From contig NC_043015.1 in NCBI RefSeq assembly GCF_006345805.1, positions 6,262,001 to 6,326,000 of the forward strand: 64,000 nt of DNA, given 5' to 3'. A program made the position numbers and the translations under genes. Shown in pieces: positions 28,136-43,080 of the stretch; within the stretch, counting starts at the first letter, position 1, and every line of letters begins with the position of its first letter. Origin of the DNA: Octopus sinensis (Eukaryota). The notes under the pieces are model-generated. The model did not search any database. It worked only from the letters and a program-made list of their open reading frames with translations, and was not told the origin of the DNA.

Positions 28136-30195
28136 TCCATGCGGAAATCAGCTACTCTATAGGCACGAATATTGTTAGAAAATTACAAGACAAAAAGGAT
28201 GTCTATGAACCTTTAAGAAATAGCTTGTAATCCAGAGCAGAATCTATATTTTCAGCTTCATATGTAATATCATTGGAGCAACATGTTATATACTAATCTA
28301 AGTGGAGCAAAGTATGGCTGAAGTTGCGTTTTTTGGGAGACAACGCAGGTCCTCAATTCACACGCCAGAAATGATGGTGATGTGATGTAAATCTGTAGGA
28401 CTTTCAAGACTGATGAATTGAACAAGATACTTCCCTTCACAACACTTCTCACAAGTAGGTGACCGGTCAAAATTTATTCTAACTTCAAAAGGAAACGTAA
28501 ATATACATACGTAACTTGATGTATATTTCTACTTCAATCCAAAATTTAAATGATGTACACTATGCCATATGCAATTATGGAGTGAATTTTTGGGTTTATA
28601 AATCTATTATTTTCCTTACTTACTTAATACCGGCTCACATGTGCTATTCATATCTCCACTCGATCTACTTAGGAGGCTAGCATATGTACTGTTTCTTTTA
28701 GTTTTCGTACTTTCCGGTGGTGTTCTCTGCCTATTAATTTAACTTCATCCCACAGGCGTAGGTAGTCTCTATTTTTCCATATATGATCAGCTATACTAGA
28801 TTTATCAATATCTCCTCGTGTCACTGCTTTTCGAAATTTCCCCAAGACACCTGATGAAGGCTGGATTGTATATCAGCCACAATACTGAGGACAAATATCC
28901 GTCAAATGTAAATAGTGTAAAAACTCATATGTATCTGTGTATGTGTGTATAACGTACAGGAAAATAAAAACGAATGACGGCCTTAAATTCTCAAGCCTAC
29001 ATTCATATAGTTCTTTTCTTGAAACGATTATATGCATGGAAATTTACGTTGCTCTTCAACAATTTTAAACTAAAATAAAGAGGAAATATTATTTCTTCAG
29101 ACTTGTACGTATGTTTGGAACAGATTATGGACATTTTAATATTAGTATATACAGTAATGTATTACCACTTAAAGTAAAATTTTATAAATCATGTTTAGTT
29201 ATCTATGGTGGATAATATTAGGCACAAAGAGATGGCAGAATCTAGAGATCTTATAATGAACCAGATTGAGTAGTTACACATCACATGTATATATATATGT
29301 ATATATACACACACATATGCATGCAAGTATGTGTGCATGTATGTATGTATTTAAACACATAAAGCAAATTAATTGACTTGGTTAATGGTTGTTACTGTAA
29401 TTATACCTATATTGATATTAGAATTTCCTCGTTGAAGGCATAAAAAATATTGTATGTTGTAATTAGGTGAATTGATACGAAGATGCTGAAGGGTAGTTTG
29501 TATTAACAATTTAAAGATGGGTTTCACGAATAGCATAAAAAAGATATGTTAGATGTTAGCATTACTTTGACATTATAATTTAAATGTCAGTTACTTAACT
29601 GTTTAGTTAATAATGGAATAATATGTATGTTTATAGATATTCCTGCGCATGTATTCTAATTAAATGGCCGTAGATAACATTCCTAGTATGAGTATGATGA
29701 GATAGATACACATGTTTTCGTGTATGTACTTTCGGGTGTAATGTAATTATATGTGGGTGTTCTCATCGGTTACGAGCTTCAGATAAGAATATAGCTAATA
29801 AATCTTTCGAAATGTGATCGTAGGTAGATGCTGGTAGGGGAAGTGTGGAGACAGAAAGGCTGGGCGAAATATGGGACGAGATTGTTAGATATGTTATAGC
29901 GAAGGCTTAATTTATAGTCATGTCCATTCTAATGCACGTTGCACAGAATTTCTTAGTAAGGATTATTGGGAAATATTTTGCAGTAATATTTTATAATTGT
30001 GTATTAGCTTCTTTCTTTACAACAGGCAAAATTATGAGATAGTATGAGACTACCATACATTACAGGCAATAAAACATAATTAAATGCTGATATTTATAAA
30101 TAGAAAACAAATATAAAATAAAATATGAGGTAACTGTGTCAATACAAGAGACAGTTACATACGACCTCCAAATTCCTAAAATAAATGGCAGCTGC

Positions 30196-30400
30196 TTTAC
30201 ACAGAAAAGCGCACGTTGGAAATGGGCCGTCCTCCAACGGAAATAATGGGGTAGATGTGTTCTAGCGTCTCATGCATGTTGTTCCCTAGGAAGATGTTGA
30301 AGAGCACTTGAGAAAGGAGACATCTCTGTCGAACCCAGTGTTGTCTTGACGAATTCTCCGATGTTGTTGTTCAGTGGTTGATGTTGTGAGAGAGTTTCTT
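30196..30400 (-). mobile_element. RTE-clade LINE reverse transcriptase remnant
   Basis: Minus strand PLNNNIGEFVKTTLG, a frameshift, then VRQRCLLSQVLFNIFLGNNMHETLEHIYPIISVGGRPISNVRF, matching the GVRQGCxLSPxLFNI...GGRxIxNLRFADD pattern of RTE RTs. Confidence 0.9.
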
Positions 30401-31796
30401 GGTGTGCAGTCTAATGCTAACTATCTACTCCACAACACTACTTTGGGGCCCAATAATGATCACGCTTATAACATAGAATTGACGATACTAAAACACAATC
30501 ATTCACAGATAAGAATTTAAAAACAACTGTATCTTCATCTGTAAGTAATCGTAGCTAGAATCTGAATGACCTAAACATCTTTGTAATCCAACAAAATTAC
30601 TCCAAAAACGTCATGTAAACAAGCAGTGAAAATTAACAACAAAGAGTGGCGTAACTGCTCTATGAATTGCAGTTTAATGCAAATGGGATTTTCCTCGGCA
30701 GCCAGCATAGTTATATATATGTGTCTGTATTTATGTGTGTATACGTGTATAAACATATATGTATCCCCCATTCAAGTAAATAGTCAACCAGTATTATGAT
30801 CTATGAAGGCTTAATTCCATTCTTCCTTTTCTTTAGATTTGTTATTTATAGTTTATAGGAGACGGAATTTTGGGGCGCTTTGTGTCTTTGTTTTTCTATT
30901 TTGATTATACTTTTGTTTTCTCTGTCATTTTATCTATGGGTTTAGTTTTGTCTGCAACTCTTTGCAGACATTTTGTCATACTTGTATAGAGTGAAAAGAC
31001 AGCCTAGTCTTTCAATGGACGTATTCAAAGTAACCACCTGAAGAAACACGTTTTACACCTAAGATATTTGGTAGTTATCAAGAAATGTGTTAATTATATC
31101 ATTTCACCAATGCACTACGGGTTTAACGATATATCGAAACAATTGTAGTGATATGAAATAAAGGCTGTCGTTCATGCGTGTACGTTTGTATGTACGTACG
31201 TATAAATGTATGCATGTACGTAGTATAAATTATATATGTACGTATCTATGTATATATGTAAGTATCTATTTATCTACCTTTCTATCTATGGATATATGTG
31301 CCATCGTGCGCTCGTATGTGTTTGTGTGTATGTGTGTATGTGTGTGTACGAATACTTTTCTTATTTCACCTTCAAATCAATAGTCCGTAAAATGTTTACA
31401 TCATTACTTAGTTTCAATCCGATAATATTATTTACTTTATATTTACCCGTTGAGATCCTATGCTGCTGCTATTATTATTATAGTTATGCAGCACACATAT
31501 AAATTAATCCTTACAAATATTGATTTATCATCGCCCGATTTTAGTCTTACTTTGTTATTGCTTACTAGTAGGTTAATCTGTCTTGCTCGTGTAGACACAT
31601 TATAAAACGCCCTCAAGCTGTAACCGTTCCATTTCTTGTTTGTTTCGTGTATAATTGTTTTTGTTGCTGCTGTTGTGGTTTTCAGTTTCATTTTATTGGT
31701 TTGTACTATAGTAAAGTCTATCGACCTCGCAAATCATGCGAGACTAGTAAGATTGATACAACTAATGATTTTGAATATTACAACTTGTACTTTGCG

Positions 31797-32447
31797 TCAG
31801 TTTTGTATAAAGCAAAGATAGGAGCAAGGTCATTCCAACCATGAGCATCACGCTTTATATTCAGGCAATGTGTAAAACTGATTACGTTATCAAACAAGTC
31901 AGTTTTTATGCGTATTGACTAAGGAGCAGACGATTGAGCCGAACAATGATCCCTGAGCTCCTTAAAGGTACTTTGTTTCCGTTTGTTGACCCTAAATCGA
32001 GAGCTATTTGATTACACTTTCTCTGAAAATAACTGACTGCATAGGGACACCTACTAGGGACCAGGAACAGTTTTTTTTTCTGCCATTGGCTTAGCACCTC
32101 TCAAGTTGAAAACCGAATTAAATCAGTTTTGTATAAAGGAAAGATATGAGCAAGGTCATTCCATCCATGACCATCACGCTTTACATTCAGACAATGTGTA
32201 AAACTGATTACGTTATCAAACAAGTCAGTTTCTATGCGTATTGAGTAAGAAGCTGAAGATTGGGCCGTACGATGATGCCCTAGCTCTTTAAAGATACTTT
32301 GTTTCCGTTTGTTGACCCTAAATCGAGAGCTATTTGATTACACTTTCTCTCAAAATAATTGACTGCATAGGGACACCCTCTAGGGACCAGAAACAGATTT
32401 TTCTGCCTATGGCTTAGCAGCTCTCAAGTTGAACACGGAATTAGATC
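31797..32447. repeat. Tandem duplication of a ~326-bp non-microsatellite unit (2 copies)
   Basis: TCAGTTTTGTATAAAG at 31797 and 32123; copies align throughout with scattered substitutions. Confidence 0.95.
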
Positions 32448-33239
32448 TAATTCAAACACAAAAAAATATGCAGTTGACAACATTTGCATGCAAATGATAA
32501 GCCTCTCCTTTTTTTTCTTTCATTTTGTCCCTACTGAAATATAGATGATAGCTCTGCTGGACGCTAGTTAGGCACAACATTCTCGTTACGATCAATTGAT
32601 TCGAAAAGCAGAGATTTTTCAATACGATCATATCGAGTCAAAGCTGGCATTTAGGTGTCTGATTGTCCATAACATCACATTCATAGTAGATGAATACAAC
32701 GAGGAACTAATCACTGATTCACTGATTAATAATTGAAAAGTTATTCAATTGTAAACGTTTTGATGGTTCTGCAATGCTTAGAGAAAAACAATCTCCCGTT
32801 TCCTAACAAAAATAAGTTTTTAGTATAGAATGTATAATGATAGGTTAGCAACAACGTGAAGGAATTTTTTTATATTTTACATTTTCTTTCAGATTCTACA
32901 ACATTTTAGGGAAGTGTTCACTTCAAGCTCCACATTCGATCTCAAAACAAATACCTGAAACACACTTTAAATACAGCAATTTTCTACTATATATATGTCC
33001 GCATACCGTTTCAAACCATTTGTGATGAATGATGAAATGTATTCCTATATATATATGCATATAGGAATATATAAATAAATATGTGCACATGTGTAAATAC
33101 GTGGGTGTATGTCTCACTTGCAAAATGTTAAAGAGAGCGCTTTCTTTTTTATTGACAGTATATCTTAGCTGACTTATAAATTACTCTTTGCTCTTGTAAT
33201 GTTCCTGTCATGATAAGCAGCAAATATATAACAGTTCAT

Positions 33240-33323
<84 letters not shown>

Positions 33324-34339
33324 AATACGTACACACACATGTATGCATATATATATGTGGTGTGTATGTGTTGTTGATGCTGTTTGTCGTTGGCATGAAC
33401 ACAGCTATTTTTCGTTGTCCTAGCAAATAATAGCGCTGCTTAAACTATCAATGAAATAGACAATTTTGTGTTCAATCCTGATGCATGTAATGATGAAAGA
33501 ATACGAAGCCCTTTGAAATATTTAGTTTTATACGAGAACGTTGATAAGGTTTAAAAAAAAGAAAAGGCCGAAAGTTCATCCCTTAACTCTCAGTCATAAA
33601 TCTTCGTAAATGTTTAGTCACGTAATCACCAGAGTGCTTTACTTCCTTTCACCGCGTTTGTTCTTCATTTAATAATATGCAACACTAAAATGTCAGAACG
33701 ATAAAAAAAAACAACAACAACAGGTTATTAGTGGAGTTCATCTTGAAATTTTTCGCGTCTGTGTCATCCTGGTATAAAGCAATTAATTTTCCTTAGAGAA
33801 TACCATAAAAGTGATGTATTCCGTGTGTTTGCTTCTAATGAAAATAGCATCTTGTGATATTTTCTCTTGAACATTAAATATCAACATTTTCTAAAGTAAC
33901 TATAATTTCTCTAGAAAGTTCTTTTTTTAAGATTATTTATCTTACGTAATAGATTTTGTTGGTGGAGGAGTTATGTCACTATGGTGGTAAATATACCGAT
34001 GACGTCTGAATGTTTGCATGCATATTTTTATTTTAAAACGTGCTATGTAATTCTATAATACAAGAGAAAAAATACATCGGATGTCGAAAAACTATGCAAG
34101 TACAATCAAAAGAAGCTGTTACTAGTAAGCATATTATATGTAGAAATCTGAGTATCAATATACGTATATTATTTATACTTTAATTGGTATTGTATCGCAT
34201 CCTTCGAACTCTTCAGCGACTCTCTATCTTGCGTGTTTCCATTTGTACTTAGCAATCTATTTATACATACATGTTTTTTTGTCTTGTTTCAGTTCAGAGC
34301 TGCGGCCATACTGATGCACCGCTGTTTTGTGCTACACTG

Positions 34340-34675
34340 TTATTACTAAGAGCCTCCTCTAATATGTGGCACTCGGTGAAGAATGGAGTTTGATATAGCT
34401 ACCTTCATTTGCACCTCTTGCCGTGAGGTAGGTTCATCTGGGACTCTCGACAGGAATATGTCTAGCTTTGATATAACAACCGCTACATCTACTTTTTGCA
34501 AGTTCCTCAGACTCTTTGGGAGAATATTAAAAAGCTGTGAGCCCTTGAAGCCCAGGCCGTTGCAATAGATTAAATGCTGTGAGCCTTATGCAAATTTAAA
34601 TGTAATAAAATGTTTTAAAATGTATTTAAAATGTCTACCTGATGAGTATAAACCTACTTTTTGGTCCACCCTGTA
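34340..34675. mobile_element. Probable Tc1/mariner-type element end
   Basis: Ends in TTTTTGGTCCACCCTG|TA (reverse complement TACAGGGTGGACC), a typical TIR with TA target; matching TIR not found, left boundary uncertain. Confidence 0.4.
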
Positions 34676-35707
34676 TTACTGGTTTGTGCACAGCTTCTAT
34701 TCAACAAATTCTCATTGTAATTTCTTGGTTACCCTGATGCTATGGTAGAAAAAGTGTGCACAAAGTAACGCGTTTTGAGATTGAATCCGGAACGATGAAA
34801 CTGCCTATTGTAATTCTCAATTGCACAGACATGCTTTTAATATTTTGTTTTAAAAACATATAGCATATTGTGCAGCCCAGATATTTTCCTAAAGTTTTAA
34901 TATTAATTTTATACAAGAAGTTAGGAATTATGTTTTTCCAAATAATATATTGAACAGAGACATTTGATAAAATATACATTTCAAAGCTACTTAATCTTAT
35001 ATAACAATGTCCTTACATTATATATATGATTGATTTTCAGGTCGAAACAAAATTTATCCCAATATTCTCGTAATTGAAGTTGTCTAAATGTAATACTTTA
35101 ATGTCGCATTATACCGAAATGAGAGAAAAAGCAATTTTAGTTTTCCCAGAAGAAAAAAGCTTTACAAATATTTCAAACGAAATGCATAAAATTAAAAGTT
35201 TTAATATAACATGTACAGAGAACATTCCTTTCTGTTTTATTGAAGTACTCTTAACAGAATCTAAATAACTGTGTCAAATCAATATATGAGCAAACATGAT
35301 AATTTAGATGCTAAAATACAGTGGAAAATGTTGATATTGTTCGGTTAAATTATCAAAGTAAATATATGATTTGTTTTACTCGAAACATTACGCGAGAAAT
35401 AAATCTATTTCAAACTGCGAAAACTAATATTTTATGTAGGCCTTGTCCGAATGAAATAATTAAATATTATCTATGACTTCTATTGTAATTCAACTCACAT
35501 CAATGATATGTTAGATAAGCATATATGAAAGTTAATACTTGATTAGTATTGATATTATATGTAGACAAACTTAACATTGGTATAATTTGAACGCAGAACA
35601 GAAACAGTCATAAGTATATAAGTATGGAGACCTACTTTATGTTTCTGATAGGCACACGTATATTGTAAAACATAAATTTCATTGCTGAGTTTACTTTCAC
35701 AGAGCCG

Positions 35708-35747
<40 letters not shown>

Positions 35748-37009
35748 TATAATAATAATAATATAATGCCCTGATGCAGTGCCAGGGCATGATATTTCGG
35801 TGAGATGCGCCGAAAAAGAAGTTACAATAAGTGGCGTTAACGATCTCTATCTCTTACAAACTAGTTAGGTTGACTGTTTCAGATAATCAGAATGCCAGCA
35901 GTTGTCACCACTATAGATACGGGTAGAGACCTAATGGAGATCATTCATTACTTTATCTCCTTGAGACAGCTCAACCCAGCCGCCAATCGCTGCTGTGCAT
36001 GTTACGACGCTAGAATGAAAGGTCAGCCGGTGTTTTGCTGTCAGTAAAATAACTCGAATTCAAATCGTAAACTTCACATGTTTTTACAGTTCATCTTTTT
36101 GATAAGATAGGGTGTGATTTCAAAAGTATCTGAGTGTTTTTTTCAAGCACTTGGTGTGTTTACGTTCATACACTCACAATGTATGTGGCTCAGTTGATAT
36201 CCTAAGTCATTCAAACTAAGTCATTTAAATCATTAAAACTTCACAACTTATTTGTCCCTAATTGTCCAACATTCTAGATTCCTGAATGTTTTATTACAAT
36301 TACAATGCTGAAATATCATCGTAATTCATAATCTTAACGCTTTTATAGAAACAATTTTATCGCGGGAAAATCAACTTATTACGTACACCATTTTTACTAC
36401 GCAGTATTAAATCGCATTTTAAAATTTCATTTTATTTTGTTATTCAGTTGTAGAAGGAATGGACCTATGATAATGTTTATAGTTTTGAGATATAACGTAA
36501 GTCAATTGAAATCGCTTCTTTTAAGTATTAAACTGATTTTGACAACACAACACAATAGAAAGATATTTTTTGCTGATATGTACGCCCTGTTTTGCAGTTT
36601 CACTTCTTGTATAATATGCCATACATCAATAAGAATTTGTGTGTGTGTGTCAGTGTATGTGTGTGTGTGAGAGAGAGAAAAAGTTTCATAGGAAATTGTG
36701 CAGTCATTCAATGACGTTTCAAAGATCGCTTATATCAGAGATAAAGAATGTTGTATTCAATTCTGATGTTCAAACTTAGCATTATTTTATCTACATTGTC
36801 TAATCCTTATTTTCAAGACTCAGTTGTAAAGAAAAAATGAGAAAAAGAAAGAAGGCAGCTTTTATTAATGCAGGGGGGATGTTGTTCCTGTTAGAAATAC
36901 GGAAACAAAATACTAAAGATAAACCGGTTCTTTTATTTCTTTCGCCATAAAATTACCGACGCACTGCGGCAGAAGTCCAATAATTGTGAAGATGATGATG
37001 ATGACGGTG

Positions 37010-37043
<34 letters not shown>

Positions 37044-37961
37044 TGATAATAACCATACATATAAAGGGCAAAGATAAAGAGAATGTCAACGACGATGATG
37101 AGTTTTATGAGGAAGTTGATGATGAAGATAATGAAAAAACATTATCATATCATAATCAAATGATTTCACCTTTACAGAATCGGGTTCTATTAAAGATTTC
37201 CTTGAATATTTTGTTCCTTCGTCTCTTGTTAAATACTTTAAATGTTTCATTTAATGAATGTGTATTATATATATATTTTCTTTATTTCTTTTTTTGTATC
37301 TTGTCTCTTTTAAATGCTTAAGAAAGATTTCGGATGAAACATGTACAAAAAATAAGGGGACTAGTTTAATGAATAGTTTAGAATCTGTCAAAACATATCC
37401 GGTAATCTTTCACTGAAGAAAAGGGACTGTTCAATTAATTGCAAATTTACTTGTATGTAGAAAATCACATACGATTTTACGGTTACTGCAATAAATTTGA
37501 ATTTTTTATCATTATTTTACTTTCGATTTATTTCCTATTTCAACCTCAGTTTTAATGCTACATGAATAATTATTCATTCTATGAAATTACGCATTCTTTC
37601 ATTTCTTAAATTTTAATTCATTGCTAAATTCAGGTATTGTGTAGTTTTATATTATCGAGAATACTACCCCACCTTTCATCTGAGCGGAAAAAAAAGATAA
37701 GCTACTTTTCGAATAAAAACCGGGAAATGACGTTACATATAAAATGAGGAATAAGAAACTATAAGGGTAAACTTGAAGAAATTAGTATGACTCATATATC
37801 TAAAGTGTACGTTCTATTCAACACGTGTAATAAGCATATAATGATAATCAGGGGGCACCTATTCGTATTCATTTCCTGCAAATGTTACGTTTGTTGTTTG
37901 ACAACTGAAGGGGAATCTTGCCTTATCATTTATTTTCACTCCTATACAACCTGAAAGTTAT

Positions 37962-38425
37962 TGAGCCGGCAGAATCGTTTGCACGTTGGCCGAAATGCTT
38001 AGCGGTATTTCTTCTGCCGCTACGTCCTGAGTTCAAATTCCGCCGAGGTCGACTTTGCCTTTCATTCTTTCGAGGTCGATTAAATAAGTACCAGTTACGC
38101 ACTGGGGTCGATATAATCGACTTAATCCGTTTTTCTGTCCTTATTTGTCCTCTCTGTGTTTAGCCCCTTGTGAGCAGAAAAGAAATAGGTATTTTGCCCA
38201 GCGCTACTTTTAAGTTCATATTCCGCCGAGGTCGACTTTGCTTTTCATCTTTAGGGGGGTCTATAAATTGAGTACCAGTGAAACACTGGAGTCGATATCC
38301 TCGTCTAGTCCCCACTCCAGAAATGCGAGGCTTTGTGCTTCTAGTAGAAAGGACTGTTATTATTATTATCATTATTATAGGTAAGGCGGCGAGCTAGCAA
38401 AATCGTTAGTACACCGAGCAAACGC
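37962..38425 (+). mobile_element. SINE family A tandem copy plus a truncated head
   Basis: GAGCCGGCAGAATCGTTTGCACG head and two bodies as at 7801; new head TAAGGCGGCGAGCTAGCAAAATCGTTAG at 38382. Confidence 0.9.
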
Positions 38426-38461
38426 TACGTATGGCTTGTACACGGTCTCATTGAGAGAGGA

Positions 38462-38566
38462 GAAGAAGAAGAAGAAGAAGAAGAAGAAGAAGAAGAAGAA
38501 GAAGAAGAAGAAGAAGAAGAAGAAGAAGAAGAAGAAGAAGAAGAAGAAGAAGAAGAAGAAGAAGAA
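38462..38566 (+). repeat. Perfect (GAA)35 tract
   Basis: Direct reading. Confidence 0.97.
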
Positions 38567-39252
38567 AAGAGAGATATACAATACAGTTTTCTTTCCTTTC
38601 TTCATCGAGGGCTTAGTATATTAGTACATCATCACTAAGGGAAGGGCATTTTCTAAAAACCATTTTCGCCTTTCTTGAACGGTATCGTTTTCCACTTTAT
38701 ATTATTATTATTATTATTATTTTATTATTATTATTATTATTATATTATTATTATTATTATGTCTACATTTCATATGACCATACTCCTTCTATATTTCAGC
38801 TGCATTTTAGGCATTTATCTCCTTGTAAGATATTGGGATTCCCGTGATTAACCTTCAACACATTGCTTCACATGTGCGCTAAATATACTCGCGCACCTCT
38901 GTTATCAATATTCCTTCACTATTTCTTGATACCATAAGCTTTTCCTATAAACAATTCTTTTTTTTTATATTTGATATAACTTTAACCCGTACCTAATAAC
39001 CTTTGAATGTATTTCAAAGTCTATATACCATGGTGTTATCCGATTACGTCGATTTTATGATGTTATTATTGATTTCATTTTTGTTATGAAGAAAGCTCCA
39101 ATATATTTTATGCAAGATTGATATATTATACTTTATCGAAAGAATATTGTTTACCTCTCTTGTAATCCATTTCGTATTTCGGTAGTACTTACAACTAAGT
39201 GAATTTTTTGCGTAACCCCGATTTCTTAAAATTTCTATTCAGTTTTACTTAC

Positions 39253-39298
39253 CGTTTATAAAGTCTACTTGCATAGTCAGCAAGTTTCTTAACATTCA
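39253..39298 (-). CDS. Candidate 46-nt exon xNVKKLADYASRLYKR (phase 1->2)
   Basis: Minus strand ATGATTTGCAG| ... AAACG|GTAAGT; strong donor, modest acceptor. Confidence 0.28.
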
Positions 39299-40466
39299 CT
39301 GCAAATCATTGATGTATTTTCATTGCTCTATCTTCTGAAATCTGTTGATGTATGTAGTTGACAGTATAATGTCTGACTGTAAAATTTTGTCATGTGCAAC
39401 TCGTACAGAACGTCTTACTGCCAAGTTGAAAAATGGCAAGACTACATTTCATTGTGTTCGTTTCTTATCTTTTGCAGCATAAGCTAGCGGTTCCCAAAAG
39501 ATGCTCTATCGTGCACTCGTGGGAGACGCGATATAACTTTGTGCTCTAAGAAGATAATATGATTATAGTTTCAAATGAACAAGAGACAAAATCAAAATCT
39601 AACAATCATCTCTAGTAACCATTTATGTTAATAAAGATTTGTTGGGCATTTTTCCTTATCATTTCCTCAGACTGGTGCTGAATTTCCTGTTGAGACAGTA
39701 ACGAGAAGATCAGCAATAAAAGAAGTGAAACCGACTGTTTTATTTTTTCATATATTTATTGAAATCGAAATCACGAAACACAGATTGGCGCCCAGGGATC
39801 CCGATCCGACACATTCATGCCTCCAATCTGACATTTTAAACATTTGACAATGTGCTGCCATAATACATTCTAGCTTTCTGTAGGATACACACACACACTC
39901 ACACACACATATATACGTATGTATGTATATAAGCGTGTTTGCATATATACATATATATAAAGAAGCCTATTTTATGCATTTTATTATTTTTATATTACGC
40001 ATAAAGTGCGGTAAATTACTAGTTATATTCTCTGTAGAGTGAACTGCGAATAAAAGCATGCATTGGCATGGACAGATATAAGCTATAATCATTTTATGAC
40101 AATTTGCAATATATTTATCGCAGGAGTCTACCAAAATTTTCTTCTACGTCAAATTATCTATCGCATTTCATAAGCCTCTACACACTCCGGTGCATCACAT
40201 TGTCTCATCTCTTCTTATAACATTAGATATTTTATTTATTCTTATACGTTCATATGATGTCTCACACTCACACATAACCACACACACGCGCACATACATT
40301 TGTATATATATATACATATATCGCCTGGATTGCTTGGATTGGCCACGCTGCTTGGTACCGAGTGGGCTCCGCTAGCCACACCATTTGCTCGATTCCTCTC
40401 GTGCTCTCACCATTCTACCCCACGATGTACACACACAAACTCACACGTGCACGCACATACACACAC

Positions 40467-40516
<50 letters not shown>

Positions 40517-40959
40517 GTAATGGGTTTACATACATAGGAATATATATTAATAATTATGTGCAAGCGCGTGTATTCTTAGATGCGTTCGTAATTTTGTTAT
40601 GAAGAATCTTATTTACATGAAATATTTCAAAGACCCTTCCTAACTTCCTTTGATAAATTTCCTTAATTATGTAATTACTGTATAATAATTACATAATGAA
40701 TATATGATCGATCTTATTTGGACTTAAATCATGTTTTTGTTTCGAAATACTGTGCACTGAACATTTATTTATAACCCTGTTTTAAGTGAAAGTGTTTCCG
40801 TTCCTTACTACAATAGATGTTGGGTATAAGATATGCTTGATACTTCTTCCCTGTTGATGGACCACGTAGATGTTTTTTTCTTCTTCCAGTCAGGACTCAC
40901 GCCATAAGGCACAAAGAATAATCTCTAATTCGATCCTATTCTAAGCCACTAAGAAGGCG

Positions 40960-41343
40960 TGTGGCAACTTGAAGATCCACCCACCATACGCGATAGACTG
41001 GCGGTTGCTCGGGCGCGAAAGCTACGCTGTTATCCTCATTCCGTAATGGGTGGCTTTTAACGGGTGGAGAGATGAAACACCCTGGTGTACAGAGGATTCG
41101 CAATCTAGACTAGTGTCTAAAAGTTTACCACACCATGATTCTTCTGTATTGTGGCAGAAGTTCGAAGAATGAGTGAGAGAAAGTTGTGGGGAAAGAGTAC
41201 AGCGGGGATCACCACCCTCCCCTACTTCGTCAAGCTTATGTGTTTTTGCGCAATAAACAGTCACAATGCCCGGTTTGGGAATCGAAACCGCGTTCTTATG
41301 ACCGCGAGACTGTTGCCCTAACCACTGGGCCATTGCACCTTCA
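40960..41343 (-). mobile_element. tRNA-derived SINE, family E head with a different tail
   Basis: 41167-41343 is the reverse complement of 56366-56548; sequence beyond that differs from the 56366 copy. Confidence 0.85.
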
Positions 41344-41924
41344 CCCACGTAGATGTTCTCTCTTGCCTTTAATTCTTCCAGAAAAAAAAATCTTCAGTAT
41401 TTTTCATGCTGCCCTAACATATTACACAACATCGTTCTTTACTTTTCGCATATTAATCTCAAGCTTATTGTAATCTTATAATGTGACAACGAATTGCTTT
41501 GTTTCTGTCTTAAAACAATGCTAATCTACACTTTTGGGCCTCATCTTCATCTGATATTCACAGCAGGTATCAGGTGAAATTACTTTATAACTGTCATATT
41601 ATTACGTTCTTACATAATAGGATTTCAATAACTTCCTACTTCCAACACCGCTACGGCTTGGTTATTTACAGTTATTAAATCACTAAAATGATAATAGAAT
41701 GAAAAGCTTCACTCTGTTCATTATTCTTACTAGAGCCATTTTCTCGTAAATATAAGTTAGTGTAAAAAAAAAAGTATCATCAGACATAAATCAGTTTCCA
41801 CATACTTTAAATATTTACCGAATTGTTTAATGGTTAGTAGAATGGAATATCAAAAACTATTGTTCAGGTCTAGAAATTTTCCAGCTTTAATTTATAATTC
41901 AATCACATTAACTATATTGGTTTC

Positions 41925-42440
41925 AAATTTTGGCTCAAAGCCAATCCTTTCTGGTGAATGGGTAAGTTGATCGCATTGACCTCATTGCTCGACTGTTACC
42001 TATTTTATCGACCCCGAGAGGATGAATTTCGATCCTGAGAGCATTTGAAATCAGAACGTAAAGCCGGAAGAAATGCTGCTGAACATATTGTCCGATAAGG
42101 TAGCGACTCTGCCAGATCGCGAAATAAAAGGTGGTTAGTTGGCAGACTCGTTAGCACCCCAAGCAAACTGCGTAGCGCCATTTCATCTGTCTTTCCGTTC
42201 ATATTCCACTATTCCATATTCCATAGTCCAATTTATGGTATTGAGCTGGCAGAATCGGTAAGAACGCCGGATAAAATACTTAGCAGTATTTTGTTTGTCT
42301 TAACGTCTTGAGTTCAAATTCCACCGATGGTGACTTCCATCCATTCCAGGTCTCAAAAAATATAATTTTGATACTGGGGTCGATCTAATCGACTTGGCCC
42401 CTCACCCGAAATAACAGGCCCTGAGCCAAAATTTGAAAAC
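41925..42440. mobile_element. Cluster of SINE family A copies: minus 41925-42120, plus 42125-42200 and 42240-42440
   Basis: Head motif CTGGCAGA..CGTTAGC present in both orientations; GAGTTCAAATTCC at ~42310. Confidence 0.8.
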
Positions 42441-42489
42441 ATTATCATCATCATCATTATTATTATTATTATTGTTGTTGTGTGAGAGA

Positions 42490-43031
42490 GTATTGTATGC
42501 CATCAACGTGACGCTTGGGTAAAATATACGAATCCCACTATACCCATCATAACTACCTGTCTGATAAGTAAACCTTAGGCACATGCCTCGCAATGGCATG
42601 TGCGCGACATATAAAGATAAACAGTGCATGACCTTGAAGGTGGGGTCCCATTTAGAATTTTCTTTTTCAGGTCGTGTAGCCCATCCCGCTGGAAAGGTCC
42701 CTGAATAAGGGCTGCTTAGGGATGTTGAACGAAGCACTTATGTTTCGAAAGGTGAATTATCCAAATCCTAAACAACTCCTCTCAACACATGGCTATGATG
42801 CTCCTCTGCTCGTGATTAGTTATGCACATATCGTCAGCTGTTAAGGGACATGCTCAACTGGTTATGGTCAAACAACAAACAAACAAATTTGTGGTATTGA
42901 GCAGAATATTTGCTGTAGCCCACCTTTTATACCAAGACAAAAGAATGTACGTGATAACCCTTGCAATAAGTTAAGATCAGATCCTATGAGAGCTGCTGTC
43001 TGGTACTGCATCAGGGCATAATTGTTATTAA

Positions 43032-43077
<46 letters not shown>

Positions 43078-43080
43078 GCT
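42490..43080 (+). mobile_element. Non-LTR retroelement 3' UTR-like repeat ending in (ATT)n
   Basis: Terminus CTGGTACTGCATCAGGGCA plus (ATT)n at 43000 is mirrored (1 mismatch) at 35767-35785 next to (TAA)n. Confidence 0.6.

Noticed and set aside
39786-39793. TGGCGCCC resembling a tRNA-Lys primer-binding site
   Set aside because: No adjacent LTR; better explained as the reverse complement of a decayed tRNA-derived SINE head.
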